Below, piece by piece: positions 38,027-45,776 of a stretch of DNA of 64,000 nucleotides. The DNA comes from Elusimicrobiaceae bacterium (GTDB lineage: Bacteria > Elusimicrobiota > Elusimicrobia > Elusimicrobiales > Elusimicrobiaceae), in contig JAZKYS010000019.1 in NCBI GenBank assembly GCA_045612285.1, positions 1,447 through 65,446 on the forward strand. Direction: 5' to 3'. The position numbers and the translations under genes are program-made. Every line of letters starts with the position of its first letter. Position 1 is the stretch's first letter. The notes under the pieces were generated by a model. It saw only the letters and a program-made list of their open reading frames with translations, did no database searches and was not told where the DNA came from.

Positions 38027-41000
38027 TCAGGAGTCTTGTTTGGAGATGGACATCATCAACTTAATACGGTTAACTTGGTTTGTTTCGCTGGCGCCGGGGT
38101 CATAGTCAACGGCGATAATATTGGCACTTGGGTAGCGTTTTTTAATTTCTTTAATAAAACCTTTGGCAATAATATGGTTGGGCAAGCAGCCAAAAGGTTG
38201 AACGCATAAAATATTGCGAACGCCGGCTTCAAGAAGTTCAACGATTTCGGCTGTTAAGAGCCAGCCTTCGCCCGCCTGATGACCTAAAGAAGCAATACCG
38301 CGCACTTTACGGCGAAGTTTCTTAAAAGAACCAAACGGTTCAAAATGTTTAGATAATTTTAAACCGATACGCTGTGGCAAGCGGAATAATTCTATAACTA
38401 AAAGACCAAGACGGCTAAACAAACTATCTTTTAATTTACCCGTTAAATAGCGGTGGCGGAAAATATGGTCATAAAAACCATATAAAATAAAGTCAAGAAG
38501 ACCGGTTATAACGACTTCGCCGCCTTCCTGCTCAATAATTTGAGCGGCATTATTATTTGCGTCGGGGTGATATTTAAGTAAAATTTCGCCAACTATACCA
38601 ACGCGCGGTTTCCTTTTTTGGCGTTTAAGCGGAATTTTATCAAAATCTCTAATCATAGCAAAAATATTATATAGGAAAGTAAACAAATTGCCGTTTTTGA
38701 TATTTTTATGAATACGCTTTAGCCATTTTTGCTCTAAAGCATCTGTTGCGCCTTTTTCTTTTTCATAAGGGCGCATACGACAGGTTAGAGCGAGTAAAGT
38801 ATCGCCATAACAACCAAGCATTAAAATACGCAAGAAAACTTTGCGACCTGGGGCAAAACCGGTATTTGCTTTTTTACCGCTTACATTTAAAGCAATAACA
38901 GGGATATGGGATAAATTGCATTGGGCAAGCGCTTTTCTAAGAAGCCAAGTATAATTTGAAGCACGGCAACCGCCATTAGTTTGGGAAATAAGCAAAGCAA
39001 TTTTATGTGTATCATAATTGCCGTCTTGTATCGCTTTTAATAATTGCCCTATAACAACAATAGCCGGGTAGCAAACATCGTTATTGACATGTTTTAAACC
39101 GAGTTCTATTGCCTCTTTGCTAACGTGCGGTAATTGCACAAGTTTATAACCTTCACTTGCAAAAACATTTTCAATAAATTGGAAATGTAAAGGCGACATT
39201 TGCGGCACTAAAATTGTGTGGGTCTTTTTCATTTCAGGGGTAAAGATAGCAAATTTTTCTTTATCACTTTGACTAGTAAGATAGTCTTGCGGTTGTCTAT
39301 CGCGCATAGCAGCCAAAAGTGAGCGTATGCGTATTTTGGCAGGGCCTAAATTATCGCCTTCATCTATTTTAATTTGGGCATATAAACGCCCTTTACTGCT
39401 GACGATTTCTTCCGTCTGATCTGCCGTAATAGCATCAAGTCCGCAACCAAAAGAAACAAGTTGCAAAATAGCCAAATTATCTTGCTTTGCCACAAAAGCA
39501 GCAGCACGGTAAAGTCTTGCGTGATAAGTCCATTGATCGCGCACTTTTAAAGGCCCTGGGTCCGGTTGTAAATGAGCAACACTATCTTCAGTTAAAACAG
39601 CAAGACCGCAAGAATTGGCAAGTTCGGGTATGCCGTGATTTATAGCCGGGTCAATATGATAAGGGTGACCGCTTAAAACGATACCGAGCTTACCTTGCGC
39701 TTTTAATTCCTCAACGGCTTTTGCACCGGCTTCGTGAATATCTTTAGTATATTTTCTTTGTTCGGCAAAGGCTTTTTTAACCGCTTTAGCAAGTTGCTCT
39801 TTAGTAAACTTTTTAAATAAATCAACTTTTTTAAGACGCTTTGCCAAAACTCTTTCATCCAAAGGCAAGAAAGGACAATAATAAGGAATATTCCTTTCCG
39901 CAATTTCTGTAATATTTTTGAAAAGCAGCTCCGGGTAGCCGGCAACTATCGGGCAATTATAGGAATCTTCCTGAGAAGAAAAATCTTTCTTTTGTAAAAT
40001 AATTGACGGGAAGAAAATTGCATCAACTTTTTTGCTAAGCAAATTCATAATATGACCGTGCGCCATTTTTGCAGGATAACAAATTGTTTGTGAAGGTATT
40101 GAACTATAACCTTCAAAGAAAAGTTTCTTGGAAGATGCTTCCGATAATTCAACTTTAAAGCCAAGTTCGCTAAGTAAAGTAAACCACAAAGGATAAGTTT
40201 CAAACATATCAAGCGCACGCGGAATACCGATAGTGCCGTTTTTTGCTTCCTTTGAGGATAAGGGTTTATAATAATTAAACAAGCGGTTATATTTATATTC
40301 CGCTAAATTGATATGTTTGCTTTTAGGTTGTCCCGCACCGCGTTCGCAACGATTGCCGGAAATAAAATTTTCCTTCCCGCCGAAATTACTGATAGTTAAA
40401 GCACAATGATTTGTGCAACCTTGACAGCGGACATTGCGGGTAGTTATTTTTAAATTATCTATTTCTTCTTTTGAAAGTAGAGCCGTTTTTTTACCGTTTT
40501 CAGGCCCGCGCTTTTTGGCAATTAAAGCCGCACCGAAAGCACCCATTAAACCCGATAAACTCGGCCTGATAATTGTTTTACCTACTTGCAACTCAAGTGC
40601 TCTAAGTAAAGCATTATTTAAGAAAGAACCGCCTTGCGCAACAATCGTATCGCCAAGTTCTTCAACATTTCTGATTTTAATAACTTTATAACAGGCATTT
40701 TTTATGACGGAATAAGAAAGTCCTGCTGCAATATCGCCAACGGGCACGCCTTCTTTTTGCGCTTGCTTTACTTTAGAGTTCATAAAGACGGTGCAGCGGG
40801 TGCCAAGGTCAACAGGATTTTTTGCTTTTAAAGCGGCTTCAACAAATTGTGGCAGTTCCATATTAAGCGATTTGGCAAAATTTTCAATAAAAGAACCGCA
40901 ACCGGCAGAGCAGGCCTCGTTTAAACCGATATGGTCTATTGCGCCGTTTTTTAAGGACATACATTTGATATCTTGTCCGCCGATATCTAAAACAAAGGTA

Positions 41001-42247
41001 GCTTTTGGTGCGAAGAATGTTGCCGCCGTGCAATGGGCAATAGTTTCAACTTCGTCAATATCAAATTTTAAGCCGGCTTTTAAAAGAGCGCTGCCATAAC
41101 CTGTGGCGGCGGCGGCTTTGATTTCAAGCCCCGGTTTTTTACGGGAGTAAATTTCCTGTAAAATTTTTATTGCGATTGTAAAAGGATCGCCATTATTTGA
41201 GCCGTAAGAAGAATATAAAACGCGGTTTTGCTCGTCTATCAAAACGGCTTTTATTGTTGTGCTGCCGCTATCAATACCCAAGTAAGCAGGGCCTTCATAT
41301 TCTTCTAAAGGAAAAGTTTTAACATCACTTTTTTGGTGGCGTTTTAAAAATTCTTTTTCTTCTTTTTCGTTTTTAAATAAAGGCGGTAATTTTTGAATAT
41401 CTTGGTCTGTTTTTAAATCTTTTAAATCGTCTATAATTTTGGGTAAAGAATATTCTTGTTCGGTATGCCTTAAAGCATATAAAGCAGCACCGATTGCAAC
41501 AAAAATTTCTGCTTTTTGGGGAAAAATTGCGTGCTTATCATCTAAATTAAGCGTTTTGACAAAGCATTTGCCAAGAGATTTTAAAAAGGATAAAGGACCG
41601 CCTAAAAAGACAACTGTTCCTTCTATCTTGCGGCCTCTTGCAAGCCCGCCGATAAATTGGTTTACAACGGCCTGCATAATGGAAAGGGAAATATCACTTT
41701 TAGTGCAACCTTCGTTAATTAAAGGGACAATATCTGTTTTGGCAAAAACACCGCAACGCGATGCAATGGGGTAAACATTTTTTGCTTCAAGCGCAAGCGC
41801 GTCCATTTGCGGAACTTCCAAATTTAAGAAGGAAGCCATTTGGTCAATAAAGGCCCCTGTTCCGCCGGCACAAGTTTCGTTCATTCTTAAATCTGTGCCA
41901 TTGGTTAGGAAGGTGAGTTTAGCATCTTCCCCGCCGAGTTCTACTATAACATCGGCATTAGGAATTCTATTTTTTATACTTAAACCCGAAGCAATAACTT
42001 CCTGAACGAAATTTAAGTTTAATTTTGAATATAAGGTTAAAGCGCCTGAACCTGTTAAAGCCAAGCGAAAGGAATAATTTGGAAATTTAGTTTGAACTTC
42101 TTGTAAAATAGCAATAATTTTTTGGCGAACTTCTGACATATGGCGCTGATAAGTGGAAAATAAAATTTCTTCCTTATCATCTATAACAACCACTTTTACC
42201 GTTGTAGAGCCGACATCAATACCAATATTTAAAATCTTTTTTTCCAT
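38027..42247 (-). CDS. Fused BadF/BadG/BcrA/BcrD-type ATPase x2 plus CoA-substrate-specific enzyme activase/DUF2229-type domains (2-hydroxyacyl-CoA dehydratase-activase-related)
   Basis: Two actin-fold ATPase modules (GIDVGSTTVK and GIDSGSTTIKAV) each with Cys cluster ligands, followed by large C-terminal domains. 1406 aa. Confidence 0.8.
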   Translation of the reverse strand: MEKKILNIGIDVGSTTVKVVVIDDKEEILFSTYQRHMSEVRQKIIAILQEVQTKFPNYSFRLALTGSGALTLYSKLNLNFVQEVIASGLSIKNRIPNADVIVELGGEDAKLTFLTNGTDLRMNETCAGGTGAFIDQMASFLNLEVPQMDALALEAKNVYPIASRCGVFAKTDIVPLINEGCTKSDISLSIMQAVVNQFIGGLARGRKIEGTVVFLGGPLSFLKSLGKCFVKTLNLDDKHAIFPQKAEIFVAIGAALYALRHTEQEYSLPKIIDDLKDLKTDQDIQKLPPLFKNEKEEKEFLKRHQKSDVKTFPLEEYEGPAYLGIDSGSTTIKAVLIDEQNRVLYSSYGSNNGDPFTIAIKILQEIYSRKKPGLEIKAAAATGYGSALLKAGLKFDIDEVETIAHCTAATFFAPKATFVLDIGGQDIKCMSLKNGAIDHIGLNEACSAGCGSFIENFAKSLNMELPQFVEAALKAKNPVDLGTRCTVFMNSKVKQAQKEGVPVGDIAAGLSYSVIKNACYKVIKIRNVEELGDTIVAQGGSFLNNALLRALELQVGKTIIRPSLSGLMGAFGAALIAKKRGPENGKKTALLSKEEIDNLKITTRNVRCQGCTNHCALTISNFGGKENFISGNRCERGAGQPKSKHINLAEYKYNRLFNYYKPLSSKEAKNGTIGIPRALDMFETYPLWFTLLSELGFKVELSEASSKKLFFEGYSSIPSQTICYPAKMAHGHIMNLLSKKVDAIFFPSIILQKKDFSSQEDSYNCPIVAGYPELLFKNITEIAERNIPYYCPFLPLDERVLAKRLKKVDLFKKFTKEQLAKAVKKAFAEQRKYTKDIHEAGAKAVEELKAQGKLGIVLSGHPYHIDPAINHGIPELANSCGLAVLTEDSVAHLQPDPGPLKVRDQWTYHARLYRAAAFVAKQDNLAILQLVSFGCGLDAITADQTEEIVSSKGRLYAQIKIDEGDNLGPAKIRIRSLLAAMRDRQPQDYLTSQSDKEKFAIFTPEMKKTHTILVPQMSPLHFQFIENVFASEGYKLVQLPHVSKEAIELGLKHVNNDVCYPAIVVIGQLLKAIQDGNYDTHKIALLISQTNGGCRASNYTWLLRKALAQCNLSHIPVIALNVSGKKANTGFAPGRKVFLRILMLGCYGDTLLALTCRMRPYEKEKGATDALEQKWLKRIHKNIKNGNLFTFLYNIFAMIRDFDKIPLKRQKRKPRVGIVGEILLKYHPDANNNAAQIIEQEGGEVVITGLLDFILYGFYDHIFRHRYLTGKLKDSLFSRLGLLVIELFRLPQRIGLKLSKHFEPFGSFKKLRRKVRGIASLGHQAGEGWLLTAEIVELLEAGVRNILCVQPFGCLPNHIIAKGFIKEIKKRYPSANIIAVDYDPGASETNQVNRIKLMMSISKQDS

Positions 42248-42275
42248 TATTTTATGCTTTTCCCCTTAGACATAA

Positions 42276-42292
42276 ATTATACTAAATTAAGA
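42276..42292 (-). promoter_or_regulatory. Candidate promoter (TTAATTTAGTATAAT) for the 1406-aa gene
   Basis: Perfect TATAAT (plus-strand ATTATA at 42276-42281) about 25 nt upstream of ATG, with SD AAGGGGA. Confidence 0.45.
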
Positions 42293-42319
42293 GTGTTCAA
42301 TAAATATATACAATTAATG

Positions 42320-42521
42320 TTTTTACAAGGATTTTTCATTTAGAACAAATCTAGTTTTGCAAGGATTTTTTAGATAAATTAAATTTAAACAGAGCGAATT
42401 ATTTTATCAAGTATTTTGATTTTAGAGAAGGCGCAAGGAGCGAAGCATATCCCGAGAGGGTGGCAACCCCGTATATGTGAGCGACGAGCAACGAACTATA
42501 AAATCAAAAGACGCAGATAAC
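42320..42521 (+). repeat. Rod-like intergenic repeat element, locus R3 (three 5' boxes plus alpha-type body)
   Basis: Boxes at 42320-42336, 42355-42371 and 42402-42417. Outer helix TATTTTGATTTT 42412-42423 / AAAATCAAAAGA 42500-42511. Hairpin GGGT-GGCA-ACCC at 42446-42477. Followed by terminator 42522-42551. Confidence 0.7.
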
Positions 42522-42551
42522 AAAAAGCACTTCTTTTTGAGAAGTGCTTTT
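42522..42551. terminator. Bidirectional intrinsic terminator (3' of tRNA-Ala; also 3' of element R3)
   Basis: AAAAA-GCACTTC-tttttga-GAAGTGC-TTTT. Confidence 0.75.
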
Positions 42552-42555
42552 AAAA

Positions 42556-42631
42556 TGGTGGACCTGAACGGGATCGAACCGATGACCTCCTGCATGCCAT
42601 GCAGGCGCTCTCCCAGCTGAGCTACAGGCCC
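42556..42631 (-). tRNA. tRNA-Ala (anticodon GGC), CCA encoded
   Basis: Manual cloverleaf: GGGCCTG acceptor with G3:U70 Ala identity pair, anticodon stem CCTGC/GCAGG with loop ATGGCAT, T loop TTCGATC, and 3' ACCA. Confidence 0.9.
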
Positions 42632-42639
42632 GTAAATAT

Positions 42640-42669
42640 ATTATAGCAAATAAATTTTGAAATTGGCAA
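42640..42669 (-). promoter_or_regulatory. Candidate tRNA-Ala promoter (TTGCCA-18-TATAAT)
   Basis: Minus strand has TTGCCA (42664-42669) and TATAAT (42640-42645), 8 nt before the mature 5' end. Confidence 0.5.
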
Positions 42670-42695
42670 ATTAAAAACATAAAAGTTTTTTAATT

Positions 42696-42704
42696 TGATA
42701 TACT
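42696..42704 (+). promoter_or_regulatory. Extended -10 promoter element (TGaTATACT) driving leader RNA copy B
   Basis: Same motif and spacing to the 5' hairpin as copies A and C. Confidence 0.55.
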
Positions 42705-42709
42705 AAAAT

Positions 42710-42975
42710 TGTAAGTAGTTTTTACTTACATAAAAATTTAATCTGTTTTTGGAACCTTGTAAAAACAAGGATAGCTTTTGAGAAATCAAAAGCCATAGCG
42801 AAGTCCAAGAACAGCTCGTTATTAGGCACAGGACAAACGGCTTAATTACCCGCTTGTTTTGTGCCGAGTGTTTGCCGTTCTTTTAGAACGGCAAACTACG
42901 GCTGTTATATTTTTTGGTCACTTCGCTAGGCTAAAATATAGCAGCCGTCTTTCATAAGTTCCAAAAACAGTAAGA
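42710..42975 (+). ncRNA. Structured 5' leader RNA, copy B (candidate cis-regulatory RNA of pilin-like gene)
   Basis: 5' hairpin 42711-42729, invariant 23-mer 42731-42753. Hairpins 42755-42770, 42774-42793, 42825-42865 and 42870-42896. Long-range pair 42793-42804/42920-42930, helix 42898-42913/42933-42948, and 12/12 closing helix 42743-42754/42959-42970. Confidence 0.75.
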
Positions 42976-42984
42976 GAGGAATTT

Positions 42985-43518
42985 ATGAAAAACAAAAAAG
43001 GCTTTACTCTTATTGAAATACTTGTTGTTGTTTTAATTATCGGTATTTTAGCAGCGATAGCTGTGCCGCAATATCAAAAATCAGTATGGAAAAGTAGGGC
43101 TACAGGTATGCTCTTTAATTTAAAATCACTACATGAAGCAGTTAAAGTTTATCAATTAGCAAATAGCGCAAATCCATCAAATATAAATAAATTAGATATT
43201 TCCCTTAATAATTATAAACAAGCTTGTGTAAACACAGGACCGAGTTTTACCGAATCATCTTGTAAGGCAGATAAATATTCAAATTTATTTCTAAACATAA
43301 ATACAAACACTGGAAAAGGAACCGGAGAAGTTTTTTCACAATTTAATATAGGTCCTTATAAAAGTGGCGGTTTTTCAATAGCAGGTAATACTGTTATATG
43401 TTGGGAATACCCCTCATATATTAGTTTGAAAGGAGATTTTTGTAAAAAAATAATGGGTTGCCAACCAAGATCAGGCATAACAACTGAAGGCAGGCAATTC
43501 CTCTGTCCAAATTTATAA
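42985..43518 (+). CDS. Prepilin-type N-terminal cleavage/methylation domain protein (pilin-like)
   Basis: MKNKKG|[24 protein letters not shown] with SD AGAGAGGA. Confidence 0.85.
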   Translation: MKNKKGFTLIEILVVVLIIGILAAIAVPQYQKSVWKSRATGMLFNLKSLHEAVKVYQLANSANPSNINKLDISLNNYKQACVNTGPSFTESSCKADKYSNLFLNINTNTGKGTGEVFSQFNIGPYKSGGFSIAGNTVICWEYPSYISLKGDFCKKIMGCQPRSGITTEGRQFLCPNL

Positions 43519-43557
43519 AATAAAGACCTTCGGGAATGACAATTTTATCTTTTACAA

Positions 43558-43614
43558 CCCACCCTTTTATCACTTCCATAATTTTTTTGCTAACGCAAAA
43601 AAGTCAAGGGTGGG
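43558..43614 (+). repeat. CCCACCC/GGGTGGG hairpin module (copy 2)
   Basis: CCCACCCTT 43558-43566 pairs with AAGGGTGGG 43606-43614. Inner hairpin TTTTTTGC-taac-GCAAAAAA at 43583-43602. Covaries with the CCCTCCC/GGGAGGG copies. Confidence 0.6.
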
Positions 43615-43641
43615 AAATAATAGGAAATTTAAAAAACTAGC

Positions 43642-43778
43642 GACACAGAGCATATAGTTTTACAAGTATTTTGCGTTTAGAGTAGGCGCAACCGAGGAAG
43701 AGTATACTGTGAAAGGCCGGCAGGCCGAAGTATCCGACCGAGGTTGCAACGCACTATAAACGCAAAAGACGAAGTAAA
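43642..43778 (+). repeat. Rod-like intergenic repeat element, locus R4 (single alpha-type unit)
   Basis: Box at 43658-43672. Outer helix TATTTTGCGTTT 43667-43678 / AAACGCAAAAGA 43758-43769. Hairpin GGCC-GGCA-GGCC within 43700-43737. Tail ...GACGAAGTAAA ends 2 nt before the tolB stop codon. Confidence 0.7.
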
Positions 43779-43780
43779 TA

Positions 43781-45079
43781 CTAGTTGCTCCAGCAGGGGG
43801 TAAAGGAATTCCCCCCAATATTCGCAATCAAATGTTGTGCGCTGCCGTCGGCATCCATAACATAAATTTGGCGTCTGCCACCGCGGGTGGTGGTAAAGGA
43901 AATAAAGCGACCGTCAGGCGACCAGAAAGGGTCTTCATTATTACCGCTGTCTGCGGTAAGTTGTCTGATTTGGGAGCCTGTGATATCAACTAAAAATAAA
44001 TCTATCGGGTGGTTTGGCGCTTGGCGGCCGGCAAAAACAATCCAATCGCCGCTGGGGGACCATTGGGGTGTATCTGTCCAATTAAATTTAGTTAAACGGC
44101 GGGTTTGTTTTGTAGTTAAATCCAAAACATAAATTTGAGGATTGCCCGAACGGTTTGAAACATAGGTGACAAATTTGCCATCCGGTGAAAAAGAAGGTGA
44201 ACCGTCAACGCCGTATTTATCGGTTAATTGCCTTAAATTGCCCGTATCAAGTTCTTTAACGAAGATGCTGGCATTTTCCCCGCGGGACATTGTAAAAACA
44301 ATTTTGGAATCATCCGGCGAAACACCGCCAATCAAATTTAAGCCTTCACCTTTGATTAAAGATCTGATTTTACCTGCTTTTAAATCAATATAGAAAATAT
44401 CCGGGTTATTATTGCGGTAAGTAGTATAGAAAATTTTTGTGCCGTCGCTATTCCAGCGCGGTAAAAGGGTGATACTTTTATCTTTTGTTAGTTTGGTTAA
44501 ATTATAGCCGTCATAATCAACCATAAAAATTTCTTTATAACCGGCGGAATCATTGGCAAAAGCAATTTTGGTATCGGCAATACCGCGTTTGCCTTGTAAA
44601 AGTTGGACCACTTGGTCGCTAAACAAATGGGCTAAACGCCTGAGCCCTTTTTGAGAACTTACAAATCTTTTAGCTAAAACTGCTTTTTGGCTTTGCGTAT
44701 CATAAACAAAAGCCTTTAATTCCCAAGCATTATTTTGGTTTAAAGAAACTTCGCCAAACAAAAGATAATCTGCTTTTTTTGAACGGGCTAAATCCAAAGA
44801 AGAAGCCATATTTTTTGTATCAATAAAACCAATATTTTCTTCCAAATTAAAATATCTTGAACGCATTAAATCAGAACGAACGACATTGCTTAAAAGGTTG
44901 GCTGTTTCTTGTGTTTTTTCATCGCCTTCGGTATATCTAAAAGAACCTAAAGCAATTTTAGGTAAAGCGTTTGGGTCGTATTTAGAAGAAATACCGATAT
45001 AAACATCGCTATTTCTGGCAAAACAAAATAAAGGACATAGCAAAAATGCTATGAATAATAAGAGTTTTAAATTTTTCAT
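43781..45079 (-). CDS. tolB: Tol-Pal system beta-propeller protein TolB
   Basis: Signal peptide, TolB N-domain and repeated PD40/WD40-like blades (SPDG..., WSPDG...). Confidence 0.9.
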   Translation of the reverse strand: MKNLKLLLFIAFLLCPLFCFARNSDVYIGISSKYDPNALPKIALGSFRYTEGDEKTQETANLLSNVVRSDLMRSRYFNLEENIGFIDTKNMASSLDLARSKKADYLLFGEVSLNQNNAWELKAFVYDTQSQKAVLAKRFVSSQKGLRRLAHLFSDQVVQLLQGKRGIADTKIAFANDSAGYKEIFMVDYDGYNLTKLTKDKSITLLPRWNSDGTKIFYTTYRNNNPDIFYIDLKAGKIRSLIKGEGLNLIGGVSPDDSKIVFTMSRGENASIFVKELDTGNLRQLTDKYGVDGSPSFSPDGKFVTYVSNRSGNPQIYVLDLTTKQTRRLTKFNWTDTPQWSPSGDWIVFAGRQAPNHPIDLFLVDITGSQIRQLTADSGNNEDPFWSPDGRFISFTTTRGGRRQIYVMDADGSAQHLIANIGGNSFTPCWSN

Positions 45080-45759
45080 TTTATATCTTTAAGTAGTTCT
45101 TTTGCTTCTTTAGCAAAATCTGTATTTTTGAAATCTTGAACAACAGATTTTAAATACATTGCGGCCTCGTCCTTTTTGTTTAAAGGCAAAATGCTTTGCG
45201 CATAAACAATGCGGGTTTGGGCCGTTAATTTACTGTTTGGGTATTTATCAATTAAAGTAGCAGCGTTTACAGCAGCTGTTTGATAATCTTTTAATTCCAA
45301 ATTGCTTTTGGCTAAATAAAAATAGGCCTCTTCAATATTTGCGCCGTTAGGGGCTGATTTTATATACAAATTAAAACCTTCAGCGGCGGCGGCATAATTT
45401 TTATTATCAAATTGTTTTTTTGCTTCCGCGTAAAGTTCTGTCGGGGAAGTTTTATATTGTGTTGTTTCCTTTTCACTTATAGAAGTGTTAATATCATCAA
45501 GTTTTGAGGAAAGGGTATCAAGTTTATAATTAAAATCTTTTAAATTATCATTAGCCTGGGTTAATTGAACGGATAAATCTTGTATTTGCTGGTCGCTTGC
45601 GGCTTGATTTGCCTGAACGCTTTGTAAAGTTTTATTTAAAGCAGAAATTTGTGTTTTTAAAATACTGATATCATCCCTAGTGGCAACACAACCACAAAGA
45701 GAAAGGGAGTTTATCCCCACGAAAATTAAAAATAAGTTTCTAAATTTCATATAAAACAA
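45076..45759 (-). CDS. cpoB: YbgF/CpoB-like coiled-coil + TPR protein
   Basis: Lipoprotein-like signal, N-terminal coiled coil (LQSVQANQAASDQQIQDL...) and C-terminal TPR. Lies between pal and tolB. Confidence 0.65.
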   Translation of the reverse strand: MFYMKFRNLFLIFVGINSLSLCGCVATRDDISILKTQISALNKTLQSVQANQAASDQQIQDLSVQLTQANDNLKDFNYKLDTLSSKLDDINTSISEKETTQYKTSPTELYAEAKKQFDNKNYAAAAEGFNLYIKSAPNGANIEEAYFYLAKSNLELKDYQTAAVNAATLIDKYPNSKLTAQTRIVYAQSILPLNKKDEAAMYLKSVVQDFKNTDFAKEAKELLKDIK

Positions 45760-45776
45760 ACTCCCTTTGAAAAGTC

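Noticed and set aside
42455-42470. TGGCA in the invariant hairpin loops, considered as sigma-54 -24 elements
   Set aside because: No TTGC -12 element occurs at the required 4-5 nt spacing in any copy.
42743-42970. The perfect 12-bp inverted repeats CTGTTTTTGGAA/TTCCAAAAACAG flanking about 205 bp upstream of a pilin-like gene, considered as a fimS-like invertible DNA switch
   Set aside because: The promoter lies outside the repeats. The internal helices, including a pair about 120 nt apart, covary between copies in the way expected for RNA structure. The repeat is imperfect in copy A, and no invertase gene is adjacent. This is not fully excluded, and read-pair orientation data would settle it.
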